From NCBI GenBank assembly GCA_041690355.1, contig JAWLHK010000007.1, positions 1 to 64,000 of the forward strand: DNA of 64,000 nucleotides, given 5' to 3'. A program made the position numbers and the translations under genes. Each line of letters opens with the position of its first letter. The stretch's first letter is position 1. Below the pieces are notes generated by a model. That model ran no database searches. It had not been told where the DNA came from and was given only the letters and a program-made list of their open reading frames with translations. Positions 37,938 through 48,651 of this stretch are shown here, piece after piece. Source of the stretch: a bacterium. Lineage in GTDB: Bacteria > J088 > JAWLBW01.

Positions 37938-38926
37938 AGGTAGCGGTTTTCGCGGAGCCAGGCGTAGGCGCGCATGATGGCGTCATCGATGGGGCGGGGC
38001 GCGAAACCCAGCTCGCGCGTCGCCTTCGCGTGGCTGAAGTGGAAGTAGTAGCGGCTCGCGCGCGCGAGCGTCAGGTCGAGACGCGGCTCGCGGCCGCTCA
38101 TGCGCCCCGACCACTGGCCTCCGAGCCCCCCCATCCAGACAAAGGGATAGGGGATGCGCGTGCGCGGCGCCCGTGCCCCGACGAGCGAGGCGATACGCTC
38201 CAGCACCGCCTGGTGCGTCAGGTTCTCGCGGGTGAGGATATACCGCTCTCCCCGGCGCCCCTTTTCCCAGGCGAGAATCTGCCCGGCACAGACGTCCTCG
38301 ACGTCGACGTAGGAACTGCCGCCGCGCACGAAGCCGGGAACCTTGCCGCGCACGACCTCGACGATCATCCGCCCGATGTTCGGCCGCACATCCCAGCTGC
38401 CGAACATGGAGCCGGGGTTCACGATGACGACGTCCTGCCCGGCGGCCGCGGCCTCGCGGCAGACGTCTTCGGCCGCGCGCTTGGTAATGGCGTAGTGAAA
38501 GGGAAACCGATCGAGGTTGAACGGCGTCTCTTCGTCGGCCGTCACGCCGGGCTCGAGCGAGCCGGCCACCGCCGATACCGTGCTGGTGTGCACCACGCGC
38601 GGCACACCCGCCTTGAAAGCGGCGACGAGCACGTTGCGAGTTCCCTCGACATTGGTGCGCCACATCTCGCCCGGATCCGGAACGAACATGCGCGTATCGC
38701 CCGCGACGTGAAAGACGACGTCGCAGGCGCGCATGGGCCCCTCGAGGCTGGCGGGATCGCGTACGTCGCCCTGAGTGTACTCGACGTCGAGCCCTTCGAG
38801 CGGAACCCGCCGGCTGCCGGGACGCACGAACACGCGCACCCGGACGCCGCGCGCCAGCAGCGCGCGCACGAGGTTGGCGCCGACGAATCCGGTGGCGCCG
38901 GTGACGAAAGCCCGGGGTGCAGCCAT
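37931..38926 (-). CDS. NAD-dependent epimerase/dehydratase (dihydroflavonol reductase/HpnA-like extended SDR)
   Basis: TGATGFVG, NVEGT, HTST, YAITK. Confidence 0.88.
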   Translation of the reverse strand: MAAPRAFVTGATGFVGANLVRALLARGVRVRVFVRPGSRRVPLEGLDVEYTQGDVRDPASLEGPMRACDVVFHVAGDTRMFVPDPGEMWRTNVEGTRNVLVAAFKAGVPRVVHTSTVSAVAGSLEPGVTADEETPFNLDRFPFHYAITKRAAEDVCREAAAAGQDVVIVNPGSMFGSWDVRPNIGRMIVEVVRGKVPGFVRGGSSYVDVEDVCAGQILAWEKGRRGERYILTRENLTHQAVLERIASLVGARAPRTRIPYPFVWMGGLGGQWSGRMSGREPRLDLTLARASRYYFHFSHAKATRELGFAPRPIDDAIMRAYAWLRENRYLD

Positions 38927-38928
38927 GA

Positions 38929-39279
38929 TCAGGCCGGGAACGGAGGCCAGCCCATCGGACGGCCGCCGACCAGGTGCAGGTGGAGGTGGAAGACCGTCTG
39001 GCCCGCTTCGGCCCCGGTGTTGAGGACGGTACGGTAGCCGCCGGCTTCGATGCCGAATTCGCGCGCGAGGTCTCCCGCGACCCGCACGACGTGGCCGACC
39101 AGCGCCTCGTCTTCGGGGGCGATGGCCGAGACCGAGGCGATGTGTTTCTTCGGAATCACGAGCAGGTGCACGGGGGCCTGCGGGTTGATGTCATGAAAGG
39201 CGACCACCCGGTCGTCGCTCCAGGCGATCTTCGCGGGAATATCGCCGCGCACGATCTTACAGAAAAGGCAGTCTGACAT
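38929..39279 (-). CDS. hinT: Histidine triad nucleotide-binding protein (HinT-like)
   Basis: DCLFCKI, DINPQAPVH, QTVFHLHLHL. Confidence 0.9.
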   Translation of the reverse strand: MSDCLFCKIVRGDIPAKIAWSDDRVVAFHDINPQAPVHLLVIPKKHIASVSAIAPEDEALVGHVVRVAGDLAREFGIEAGGYRTVLNTGAEAGQTVFHLHLHLVGGRPMGWPPFPA

Positions 39280-39296
39280 CGCGGTAACTTCAAAAC

Positions 39297-39995
39297 TCAG
39301 AAAGAGGTTTCGCTGGCGTACTCGGCCGTAACGCGCAGGTAGATTTCGCGCTCGATGAACACGGTGACCAGATGGGGGTCGAAGAGCCGGCCGGCCATGT
39401 TGCGCAACGTGCCGAGCGCCGCGTCCCGCGGCAGCGGCGGCTTGTACGGGCGCTCGCTCACCATCGTATCATAGGTGTCGCAGACGGCGATGATGCGGCT
39501 GCCAAGGGGGATGCGGTCGCCCCCCAGCCCCGCCGGATATCCCGAGCCGTCCCAGCGTTCGTGGTGATGGCGCACGAGCGGGAGCACCTCGACGAAGAAC
39601 GGGCTCCCTTCGAGCATGCGCATACCAATCTCGGGGTGCGACTGGATGTGCAGAAATTCTTCTTCGGTCAGCTTGCCGGGCTTCTTGAGCACGCCGTCGT
39701 CGACGCCGACCTTGCCCAGATCATGCAGAAACGCCCCCATCTCGAGTACTTCGCGCTCGTCTTCACTCAGCCCCAGCTCACGGGCCAGTTCGACACACAG
39801 CTTGCGCACGCGGTTGCTGTGGCCGCGCGTGATGCTGTCCTTGGCCTCCAGGGCCTCGGCAAGCAGCCTGACGGCGTCCCGGCGCGCATCCCGCAGCCAG
39901 AGAGCCTGCCGGCGCAGAGACTCGTTTTCCTGCTCGAGACGCGCCAGTCTCAACAGCATCTCGGCCTGCGTCTCAGTTTGTTTTTCGGCGTGCAT
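39297..39995 (-). CDS. HD-GYP domain phosphodiesterase (c-di-GMP), catalytic motifs intact
   Basis: EAKDSITRGHS, LHDLGK, HHERWDGSGYP, RPYK. Confidence 0.9.
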   Translation of the reverse strand: MHAEKQTETQAEMLLRLARLEQENESLRRQALWLRDARRDAVRLLAEALEAKDSITRGHSNRVRKLCVELARELGLSEDEREVLEMGAFLHDLGKVGVDDGVLKKPGKLTEEEFLHIQSHPEIGMRMLEGSPFFVEVLPLVRHHHERWDGSGYPAGLGGDRIPLGSRIIAVCDTYDTMVSERPYKPPLPRDAALGTLRNMAGRLFDPHLVTVFIEREIYLRVTAEYASETSF

Positions 39996-40166
39996 CTCAG
40001 TTTGCGCGTACGGGCGGGGGATCGGGCTCGCGTCTCCCGGGGAAAGGGTCATTATATCGCAGGAGCGGCCCTCATCAACACCGCTCCGGGAAGCGGGCGA
40101 AATTTCAAGCAAATCGGCAACATAGCAAATTGAGAATGCGCGGGCGGTGATCTAGAATGACAGGGA

Positions 40167-41315
40167 ATGGAAAAGGTTCTCGTTCACGGAAAACTGGCTG
40201 ACGCCCCGCCCCCCCCGGTTCCCGACCGGGCGTTGCGGCGCCAGATTCTCTTCGTCGTCGTCAGCGTCCTCCTGCACCTGAGCATCGCCGCCGGGTTGCG
40301 CGAGGTGACGCCCGCGCGGCACGAGAACGCCGAGGCCGAACCGGCGCGGATCGAGTTCGAGGTCGTCCAGGAGGCGGCACCGGCCCGGACGGCCCCGCCG
40401 CCCCCCGCCCCCGTCGTCCGCGAACAGCCTGCGCAGCCCCAGACGCCGGCGCAGGCGGCGCCGAAACAGATCGTCGAATTGCCCGAAGCGCCCGAGCAGG
40501 CCCCCGACAAGCCGAGTTATCTGGCAGAACGGGACATGCGGGCCGAAGAAGAAACCCTCGCACGCAAGCTCGGCGAAGCGACCAATCAGCGCCAGGACGG
40601 CGCCGCCCCGCAGAAGACCGACCCGCGCGCCATGCGCCAGGACGGCGCCGAAGATGCGCCGAAGCCGGCTCTCGAAGCGCGCCCGGGACAGGCGGGGCCC
40701 GGCCGCGAACGTGCCGGCGAAACGCAGGCGGTGCCGAGCGTGCAGGCCGGAAGCGAACTCTCCGACATACAGGGCGACGGCGTCGAGCTCCCCGCCGGCG
40801 CCCGCGACGGGCGCGCAGAGACGGCCCGCGCCGAACGCGGCGGCGGCCAGGCCGGCAGCCGCCCGATGTCGCCCCCCTCGCTGCTGCCGACCCAGAACCA
40901 GCTCGCGAAGCTCGTCGAGCCCGCCCAGCGCAACCTGCTCGAGGCGAAGCGCGGCGACGTCACGCTGCTTAACGCGCGCAGCAGCGAGATGGCGAAGTAC
41001 GTTATCGCCCGCGCGAAGCGCATCTACAGCTTTCTCAACATCAACGCCCCGATGCTGACCGTTTACTACGAAGACGTGCGCGGCATGCATTTCCCCGTCG
41101 CCGTCGACGCCATCCTCGACCGGCAGGGTAAAATTCTGGGCGTCGAGACCGTGGCCACGAGCGGCAGCGGCAAGATCGATCGCCTGGTCATCGATTCCGC
41201 CCGCGCCGGGCTGCAGAATCAGGGGCCGCCCCCCGCCGAGGCGTTCACGGGCGGCGACACGTTCCGCTTCCGCTTCGCCCTCTTCGCCGACCATATCGAA
41301 GCCGGCACGCCCTGA
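40167..41315 (+). CDS. TonB/TolA-like energy transducer (transmembrane segment, Pro-rich linker, C-terminal domain)
   Basis: SVLLH transmembrane motif, Pro/Ala/Glu-rich region, TSGSGKIDR C-terminal motif. Confidence 0.7.
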   Translation: MEKVLVHGKLADAPPPPVPDRALRRQILFVVVSVLLHLSIAAGLREVTPARHENAEAEPARIEFEVVQEAAPARTAPPPPAPVVREQPAQPQTPAQAAPKQIVELPEAPEQAPDKPSYLAERDMRAEEETLARKLGEATNQRQDGAAPQKTDPRAMRQDGAEDAPKPALEARPGQAGPGRERAGETQAVPSVQAGSELSDIQGDGVELPAGARDGRAETARAERGGGQAGSRPMSPPSLLPTQNQLAKLVEPAQRNLLEAKRGDVTLLNARSSEMAKYVIARAKRIYSFLNINAPMLTVYYEDVRGMHFPVAVDAILDRQGKILGVETVATSGSGKIDRLVIDSARAGLQNQGPPPAEAFTGGDTFRFRFALFADHIEAGTP

Positions 41316-41390
41316 TTCCCACCCTGTGCGCGTCGCCCGGGTAACGGCCCGCCCTGCCGCCGGGAATTCCGAAGCGACGATAATGGGGGC

Positions 41391-42242
41391 ATGAACGCCT
41401 TGAAGACCACCATGCTGCTGGCGGCCCTGACCGGCCTGCTGCTCTTCTTCGGTCAGATGCTCGGCGGCAATCAGGGGCTCGTCGTCGCCTTCGGCCTGGC
41501 CGTCGTCCTGAACTTCGGTTCCTACTTCTTCTCCGACCGCATCGTCCTGCGCCTCTACCGGGCCCAGGAGGTGACCGAAGCCGAGGCGCCGCGGCTCTAC
41601 GCCATCGTCGCACGCCTCACGCAGAAAGCGCGCATGCCCATGCCGCGCGTCTTCCGGATCCCCACGGACACCCCGAACGCCTTCGCCACCGGGCGCAGCC
41701 CGAAACACGCCGTGGTCGCGGCGACCGACGGCATCCTGCGCCTGCTCAGCGAAGAGGAACTGGAGGGGGTCATGGCCCACGAGCTCGCCCACGTCCAGAA
41801 CCGCGACATCCTCATCAGTTCCGTCGTCGCCACCCTGGCCGGCGCAATTGCCATGCTGGCCAGCATGGTGCGCTGGGGAGCCATCTTCGGCGGCTTCGGC
41901 GGGCGCGGCAGCGATGACCGCAGCAACGTCTTCGCCGCCCTGGCCATGGCCATCGTGGCGCCGATCATCGCCCTGCTCATTCAGCTTGCCGTTTCGCGCA
42001 CCCGCGAATTTCAGGCCGACGCCAGCGGCGCCCGTCTCGCCGGCAATCCGCGCGCGCTCGCCTCGGCCCTGCGGCGCATTCACGCCGGTATCCAGACGCG
42101 CCCGCTGGCGGCGACACCGGGACGCGAAGCCAGCGCGCACCTGTTCATCGCGAATCCATTTCGCGGACGCACCTTCGTGAACCTCTTCAGCACCCACCCG
42201 CCGCTCGAAGAGCGGGTCGCGCGCCTCGACGCCATGCTCTGA
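41391..42242 (+). CDS. htpX: Zinc metalloprotease HtpX (M48)
   Basis: PNAFATGR, HELAH, SRTREFQAD, FSTHP. Confidence 0.95.
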   Translation: MNALKTTMLLAALTGLLLFFGQMLGGNQGLVVAFGLAVVLNFGSYFFSDRIVLRLYRAQEVTEAEAPRLYAIVARLTQKARMPMPRVFRIPTDTPNAFATGRSPKHAVVAATDGILRLLSEEELEGVMAHELAHVQNRDILISSVVATLAGAIAMLASMVRWGAIFGGFGGRGSDDRSNVFAALAMAIVAPIIALLIQLAVSRTREFQADASGARLAGNPRALASALRRIHAGIQTRPLAATPGREASAHLFIANPFRGRTFVNLFSTHPPLEERVARLDAML

Positions 42243-42287
42243 GCACGCGGAAGGGAAGGTACGGAAGGCGGCTGCGCCGCACGCGGC

Positions 42288-44243
42288 TCAGGGAATCGAC
42301 GGGCCGGTCGACGAAGTGGCCCCGATGCTGTAGATCGGCGTGCGGTCGTCTTCCTTGATCGGGATGACCGACGGGTCTCCCTCTTCTTCGGGGCCCATCA
42401 TGAAGGGATCGTCTTCGGGCATCATGAGAAAGGGGAGCAGATCCTCGAGATTCTCGCTCTCGCCCGTCTCCTCTTCGCCGTAGAGCGGCGGGTCGATCGG
42501 CACCGAATCCTCGGGGATCGCATCCGGGGCGAGCACCTCGGGCCCGGTTTCGGTGACGGCCGGATCGGACATCGTCTCGGCCGCTTCGCCGGCCCCCGCC
42601 TCGCGTCGCGGCTTGGACTGCGCGGCCGCAACCGGACGGGTGAGGTACCAGCCGATCTGGGCCTCGACATAGCGGGGGTCGAGCTTCAAGGCCCGGCTGA
42701 ACTCGGCATGGGCGGCGGGCTGCCAGGCCACCGGCCCGTAGCGGCGCAGAAAGTTGGCATGAAGAAACGCGATCCGGGAGTTGTCCGGATCGAGCCGCGC
42801 CGCCGCCGCGTAGGCAGAGCGCGCCTCGCCGAGGCGGCGCAGGTCGGCCAGGAGCATCCCCAGCCGAAGATGGCCCTCGACCAGCCCGGGCTGCCGGGCG
42901 AGCGCTTCGCGAAGCTGGGTTTCGGCCTGGTGCAGTTTTCCGCGCCGGTAGGGGAGCGCAACGATGGCCGCCTGATCCATGTACAGGCGGCCGAGATGCA
43001 CGCGCAGGCGCGGGTTCTCGGCCCCCTCGATGGCCTTGCGATACAGGGTTTCGACCTCGGCCAGGGTCGTCTCCCGTTGCGGTTCAGGCGTGCGCAGGGC
43101 CAGGCCATGACGTGCGACGGCCAGGCCGGCAAGATAAGCGGGTTCTTCATCGGCGAACTCGAGGGCGCGGGCGAAGCGGCGCTCGGCCAGCTCGAAATTG
43201 CGCTTCGAGAGTGCCAGGGCCCCGAGCAGGCCGTTGGCAGAAGCCTTCCATGCCGGGGGCTGGCCATGCTCGGCGGCCGCGCGGATCAGGGCCTGCCGGG
43301 CGACGCCGGCCTCGTCGATCAGGTAGGCGAGCTGCCCGCGACGCAGCGCGGTGCCGGCGACGCTGACGCCGGTGACGTCTTCGGGGTGACGCGCGAGGGC
43401 CGCGTCGAGCAGCTCCCGGGCACGTTCATGGTCCTTGTGCCGCCAGGCGAGTTCAGCGCGCAGGACCATGGCCTCGGGAATGGGCCTTTCGGCCGCAACG
43501 GCCGCATCGAGAAGGCGCACGGCCTCGGCGTCGTTGCCGGCGCGCGCGAACAACCCTCCGGCCGCCGCCGCATAGAGCGGTACGGCCGGCGCGAGCGACC
43601 AGGCGCGGGCGAAGCTGTGTCCGGCCGGCTCCCACTGTCCCATGCGGGCGTGCGCGACACCCCGACCGGCGTAGGGAGCGGCGGCGTCGGGCGCGGCCTT
43701 GATCGCGGCGTCGAAAGACCGCAGCGCCTCGGAGGGCTCGCCCCGCTCGAGTGCATGATAGCCGAGGGCAAGGTGCGCGGGCACGAAGTCGGGGTCACGC
43801 TCGAGGGCGCGCCGGAACTCGGCGACGGCCTGCCCCCCGAGCCCGGCGTGCGCCAGGGTGAGGCCGTAGTTGACGGCCAAGGCCGGGGAGTCGGGATGAC
43901 GCTGCGCCGCACGGCCGGCGGCCTCCATGGCGGCGACGTGATTCCCCATGGCATCTTCGGCCATGCCCAGGTTGCTGAGCAGGTACGGGTCATCGGGGGT
44001 GAGCCGCAGCGCCTCGGCCCAGGCATCGCGCGCCTGAAGTACATGTCCGGTTCGCAGCGCCGCAAAGGCCGCCTGCCGATGCCGGGCGACTTCAGCCGCG
44101 GTTTCGTCGGCGGGTGAAGCAGGGGAGCCTGCAGCATCGCGGACGGCCCCGGGCAGGGCTGCCCCACCGCCATCGGAAACCCGGTTCGCCCCGCCGAACG
44201 AGCAGGCGGCAAGAAGGGAAAGGCCAAGTGAGAGAGCGCGCAC
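42288..44243 (-). CDS. TPR-repeat lipoprotein with acidic C-terminal tail
   Basis: LLAA-C lipobox; many TPR-like A..L.P repeats. Confidence 0.78.
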   Translation of the reverse strand: MRALSLGLSLLAACSFGGANRVSDGGGAALPGAVRDAAGSPASPADETAAEVARHRQAAFAALRTGHVLQARDAWAEALRLTPDDPYLLSNLGMAEDAMGNHVAAMEAAGRAAQRHPDSPALAVNYGLTLAHAGLGGQAVAEFRRALERDPDFVPAHLALGYHALERGEPSEALRSFDAAIKAAPDAAAPYAGRGVAHARMGQWEPAGHSFARAWSLAPAVPLYAAAAGGLFARAGNDAEAVRLLDAAVAAERPIPEAMVLRAELAWRHKDHERARELLDAALARHPEDVTGVSVAGTALRRGQLAYLIDEAGVARQALIRAAAEHGQPPAWKASANGLLGALALSKRNFELAERRFARALEFADEEPAYLAGLAVARHGLALRTPEPQRETTLAEVETLYRKAIEGAENPRLRVHLGRLYMDQAAIVALPYRRGKLHQAETQLREALARQPGLVEGHLRLGMLLADLRRLGEARSAYAAAARLDPDNSRIAFLHANFLRRYGPVAWQPAAHAEFSRALKLDPRYVEAQIGWYLTRPVAAAQSKPRREAGAGEAAETMSDPAVTETGPEVLAPDAIPEDSVPIDPPLYGEEETGESENLEDLLPFLMMPEDDPFMMGPEEEGDPSVIPIKEDDRTPIYSIGATSSTGPSIP

Positions 44244-44548
44244 GGTGCTTTCCTTTTTATCCAGTTCTTGCCACCATTATGGGGCCAACATCAGGACGGA
44301 TCAACCGCGGCAGGCCGACAGCCGTCGACCCCGCGGGGCGCCTCTTGCCGGCTCCGCGCCATGCGGCCGCCATTCCGCGAAGGCGACCGAAGTCACCGCG
44401 GCGCCACCCGTGTGGCATACTGAGGCCGGATCTGCGCGGCGAATCCGGCGCAGAACGACTGCCCGGGTACTCCCGGCCTGCCCCGTCTGTCAGAGCGCAC
44501 CGGTGCCCGATGGGCTATAATGATGCCGACGTTCCCGTGAGGCCTGTG

Positions 44549-47221
44549 ATGGATGTGGAGAAGCTGCTGGCGAACGATCCCAACCCTGAAGAGACGCAGG
44601 AGTGGCTCGAGTCGCTCGACTACGTCCTGCAGCGCGAAGGCGCCGAGCGGGCGATCTATCTCTTCGAGCGTCTCAAGGACCGGCTCGCGGCCCGCGGCAT
44701 CTCCCTCCCCTCGCCGACGAACACCCCGTACGTCAACACGATTCCCCCCGACGACGAGCCCCCCTACCCGGGCAGCGTCGAGATCGAGCGCCGCATCCGC
44801 AGCATCATCCGCTGGAACGCCATGGCCATGGTCGTGAAGGCGAACCGCTCGCCGCTCGATCTAGGGGGCCACATCTCGACCTTCGCCTCGGCGGCCACGC
44901 TGTATGAGGTCGGCTTCAACCACTTCTTCCGCGGCAAGCACGGCGAGAAGCCCGGCGACATCGTCTACTTTCAGGGGCACGCCTCGCCGGGTATCTACTC
45001 GCGCGCCTATGTGGAAGGGCGCTTCGACGCCGAGCGTCTCCACCGGTTCCGCCGCGAAGTCGAGCCGGGCGGCTTGTCGTCCTATCCCCACCCCTGGCTG
45101 ATGCCGCACTTCTGGGAGTTTCCGACCGTCTCGATGGGACTCAGCCCCATCATGGCCATCTACCAGGCCCGTTTCAACCGCTACCTGCACGATCGCGGAC
45201 TCAAAGACACGGCGCATCAGAAAGTCTGGGCCTTTCTGGGCGACGGCGAGACCGACGAACCCGAAACGCTCGGCTCGATTTCGCTGGCCGCGCGCGAACG
45301 CCTCGACAACCTCGTCTTCGTCATCAACTGTAATCTTCAACGCCTCGACGGACCCGTGCGCGGCAACGGCAAGATCATTCAGGAGCTCGAAGCCATCTTC
45401 CGCGGCGCCGGGTGGAACGTCATCAAGGTCGTCTGGGGGAGCGACTGGGACCCCCTCCTGCGCGAGGATCACGACGGCGCGCTCGTCAAGCGCATGAACG
45501 AAGTCGTCGACGGCTGGTTCCAGAAGTACACCGTCGAAGGGGGCGCCTTTGCCCGCGAGCATTTCTTCGGCGCCGATCCGCGCCTGCGCAAGCTGGTCGA
45601 GAAGATGTCCGACGAGCAGATCCACAAGATGCTGCGCGGCGGACACGATCCCCGCAAGGTCTACGCCGCCTACCAGGCCGCCATGGATCACAAGGGTTCT
45701 CCCACGGTCATCCTCGCCAAGACGGTCAAGGGTTACGGCCTGGGCGAAGCCGGCGAGGGGCGCAACATCACGCACCAGCAGAAGAAGCTGAACGTCGACG
45801 AGCTGAGCGCTTTCCGCTCCCGGTTCGGCATCCCCATCGGCGATGAAGAGCTGGCCGAGGCCCCCTTCTACCGTCCGCCCCCCGACAGCCCCGAGGCGCG
45901 CTACATCCAGGAGCGCCGCAAGGCGCTGGGCGGATACGTGCCCGAGCGCATCGTCGACGTCGAGCCGATGGAGCCGCTCCCCACGCTGGCGGATTTCAAG
46001 GAGTTCCTCGACGGCTCGGGGGGACGAGAGGTCTCGTCGACGATGGGCTTCGCGCGCATGCTCGGGCGCCTGCTGAGCCTGAAGGATTTCGGCAAGTACG
46101 TCGTGCCCATCGTTCCCGACGAGGCGCGCACCTTCGGCCTCGAGGCCCTGTTCCGCCAGTTCGGCATCTACTCGCACATCGGCCAGCTCTACGAACCGGC
46201 CGACAAGTCGAGCCTGCTCTACTACTTCGAGTCGAAGCAGGGGCAGATTCTGGAGGAAGGGATCACCGAGGCGGGCGCCATGTCGAGCTTCATCGCCGCG
46301 GGCACGGCCTATGCGACACACGGGATCCCCACGATCCCCTTCTTCATCTACTATTCCATGTTCGGCTTTCAGCGCATCGGCGACCTGATCTGGGCGGCCG
46401 GCGACATGCGCGCCCGCGGCTTTCTGCTGGGCGCGACGGGCGGCCGGACGACCCTGAACGGCGAAGGGCTGCAGCACCAGGACGGGCACAGCCACCTGCA
46501 CGCCTCGACCGTGCCCAACGTCATGGCCTACGACCCCGCCTACGTCTACGAGCTGTCGGTCATCATCGAAGACGGCCTGAAGCGCATGTACCGGCACGGC
46601 GAGCCGGTCTTCTACTACATCACGCTCTACAACGAAAACTACATCATGCCCGCCATGCCGGCCGGCGCCGAAGAAGGGATCCGCGAGGGGATCTACCGGT
46701 TGGCGGCCGCGCCCGCGAAGAAAAGGCTGCAGGCGCAGATTCTCGCCAGCGGCCCGATGGTGCCCCAGGCGCTGCGGGCGCAGGAGATGCTGGCCAGCAT
46801 GTTCGACGTCGCCGCCGACGTCTGGAGCGTCACCAGCTACAAGAATCTGCGCTACAACGCGTTGCGCGCCTCGCGGTGGAACATGCGCCATCCCGGCGAG
46901 ACGCCGCGCAAGTCGTACCTGGAACGCGCGGTCGAAGGGATAGAGGGTCCCTTCGTCGCCGTCTCGGATTACATGCGCCAGGTGCCCGAGATGATCTCCC
47001 CGTGGATACCCGGCCGCCTGACGACGCTCGGCACCGACGGGTTCGGCCGCAGCGACCTGCGCAAGAAGCTGCGCGCCTGGTTCGAGGTCGACCCCGAATC
47101 GATCGTGCTCGCCGTGCTCTACTCCCTGATGCAGCAGGGGGCCGTCGGGCGCGAGGTCGTCGACAAGGCGATTGCGACGCTCGAGATCGACCGGGACAAG
47201 GCCTTTTCGCTTTTCGCCTGA
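44549..47221 (+). CDS. aceE: Pyruvate dehydrogenase E1, homodimeric type
   Basis: ETQEWLESL, GGHIST, YFQGHASPG, GDGETDEPE, GEGLQHQDGHS, LGTDGFGRSD. Confidence 0.96.
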   Translation: MDVEKLLANDPNPEETQEWLESLDYVLQREGAERAIYLFERLKDRLAARGISLPSPTNTPYVNTIPPDDEPPYPGSVEIERRIRSIIRWNAMAMVVKANRSPLDLGGHISTFASAATLYEVGFNHFFRGKHGEKPGDIVYFQGHASPGIYSRAYVEGRFDAERLHRFRREVEPGGLSSYPHPWLMPHFWEFPTVSMGLSPIMAIYQARFNRYLHDRGLKDTAHQKVWAFLGDGETDEPETLGSISLAARERLDNLVFVINCNLQRLDGPVRGNGKIIQELEAIFRGAGWNVIKVVWGSDWDPLLREDHDGALVKRMNEVVDGWFQKYTVEGGAFAREHFFGADPRLRKLVEKMSDEQIHKMLRGGHDPRKVYAAYQAAMDHKGSPTVILAKTVKGYGLGEAGEGRNITHQQKKLNVDELSAFRSRFGIPIGDEELAEAPFYRPPPDSPEARYIQERRKALGGYVPERIVDVEPMEPLPTLADFKEFLDGSGGREVSSTMGFARMLGRLLSLKDFGKYVVPIVPDEARTFGLEALFRQFGIYSHIGQLYEPADKSSLLYYFESKQGQILEEGITEAGAMSSFIAAGTAYATHGIPTIPFFIYYSMFGFQRIGDLIWAAGDMRARGFLLGATGGRTTLNGEGLQHQDGHSHLHASTVPNVMAYDPAYVYELSVIIEDGLKRMYRHGEPVFYYITLYNENYIMPAMPAGAEEGIREGIYRLAAAPAKKRLQAQILASGPMVPQALRAQEMLASMFDVAADVWSVTSYKNLRYNALRASRWNMRHPGETPRKSYLERAVEGIEGPFVAVSDYMRQVPEMISPWIPGRLTTLGTDGFGRSDLRKKLRAWFEVDPESIVLAVLYSLMQQGAVGREVVDKAIATLEIDRDKAFSLFA

Positions 47222-47230
47222 GGAGACTGC

Positions 47231-48610
47231 ATGGCCGAACGCATCACGCTGCCTGAACTCGCCGAAGGAATCGCCGGAGGCGACGTCGTCTCCGTCGCGG
47301 TCTCCGAGGGAGATACCGTCACCGAAGGGCAGACCCTGATTGAACTGGAAACCGACAAGGCGACCGTTCCCGTCCCCTCGCCAGCGGCCGGAAAGATCGT
47401 GAAGGTCCTGGCCAAGGTCGGCGAGCCCCTGCAGGTCGGCGAACCGATTGTGGAGCTCGAGGGCGCACCCGGCGCGGTGAAGGCGCCCCCGCCACCCGAG
47501 AAACCTGCAAAGCCGCCCCGGCATGCCGAACGCCCGCCGGCAGAACCGGCCACGGAAGCGGAGCAGGTGGAGATGCCACCGGAAGAGCGCGGCGCAGAAA
47601 AGCCGGCCGAAGAGCAGCGGGTCGAGGCCCGGCAGGCGAGACAGCGGGAGGTTCAGGCCCGGCCCGAGCCGGGCCCGGCAGAAACGCCCCCCGGCGCCCC
47701 CGAAGCGGGAGAACCTGCGCCGGCAGGCCCCGCCGCCCGCCGCCTCGCGCGCGAGCTGGGGGTCGACATCAACCGGGTTCCCGGCTCGTCGCGGGGCGGC
47801 CGTATCAGCCCCGAAGACGTGAAGGACTTCGCGCGCCAGCGCATGAAGTCGGGAGTTCCCGGCGTGACGCCGGCCGCGGCCGAGCTCCCCGACTTCGCCA
47901 GATGGGGTCCCGTGCGCCGCGAGACGCTGACGACGCTGCGCCGCAAGATCAGCGACAACCTGGCGCGCGCCTGGGTCACGATTCCGCACGTTCACCAGTT
48001 CGACGACGCCGACATCACCGACCTGGCGGCCCTGCGCAAGGCGCACGCCCCGCGCTTCAAGGAACGGGGGGCGAATCTGACGATGACCGCCTTCCTGCTC
48101 AAGGCCGTCGTCGCCACCCTGCAGAAGTTCCCCCAGTTCAACGCCTCGCTCGACCCGGTGAACGGCGAGATGGTGTTCAAGGACTATTTTCATATCGGCG
48201 TCGCCGTCGATACCCCCGGCGGCCTCATCGTACCGGTGCTGCGCGACGTCGACCGCAAGGACCTCTACGCGATCTCCCGTGAACTCGGCGATCTGGCCCA
48301 GCGCACCCGTGACCGGCAGGTGGGGCTCGAAGAGCTGCGCGGGGCGAGCTTCTCGGTCTCGAATCTCGGCGGTATCGGCGGGAGCCATTTCACGCCGATC
48401 ATCAATCCCCCCGAGGTGGCGATCCTCGGCGTCGGCCGCAGCCGGGAGGTACCCGTCTGGCGCAACGGCCAGGTCGTCCCGCGTACGATTCTGCCGCTCT
48501 GCGTCGCCTACGATCACCGGGTGATCGACGGCGCCGACGGGGCGCGGTTCATCACCGAACTCGTGCGCACGCTCGAACACTATCAGGATGTCATGCTGCT
48601 CGGGCTGTAG
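47231..48610 (+). CDS. aceF: Dihydrolipoamide acetyltransferase E2 (single lipoyl domain)
   Basis: ETDKA lipoyl Lys, PAARRLARELG, YDHRVIDGA. Confidence 0.92.
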   Translation: MAERITLPELAEGIAGGDVVSVAVSEGDTVTEGQTLIELETDKATVPVPSPAAGKIVKVLAKVGEPLQVGEPIVELEGAPGAVKAPPPPEKPAKPPRHAERPPAEPATEAEQVEMPPEERGAEKPAEEQRVEARQARQREVQARPEPGPAETPPGAPEAGEPAPAGPAARRLARELGVDINRVPGSSRGGRISPEDVKDFARQRMKSGVPGVTPAAAELPDFARWGPVRRETLTTLRRKISDNLARAWVTIPHVHQFDDADITDLAALRKAHAPRFKERGANLTMTAFLLKAVVATLQKFPQFNASLDPVNGEMVFKDYFHIGVAVDTPGGLIVPVLRDVDRKDLYAISRELGDLAQRTRDRQVGLEELRGASFSVSNLGGIGGSHFTPIINPPEVAILGVGRSREVPVWRNGQVVPRTILPLCVAYDHRVIDGADGARFITELVRTLEHYQDVMLLGL

Positions 48611-48651
48611 CCGCGCGCCATGCGGCCCGCCTGCGGAGGAAGCGAGGAATC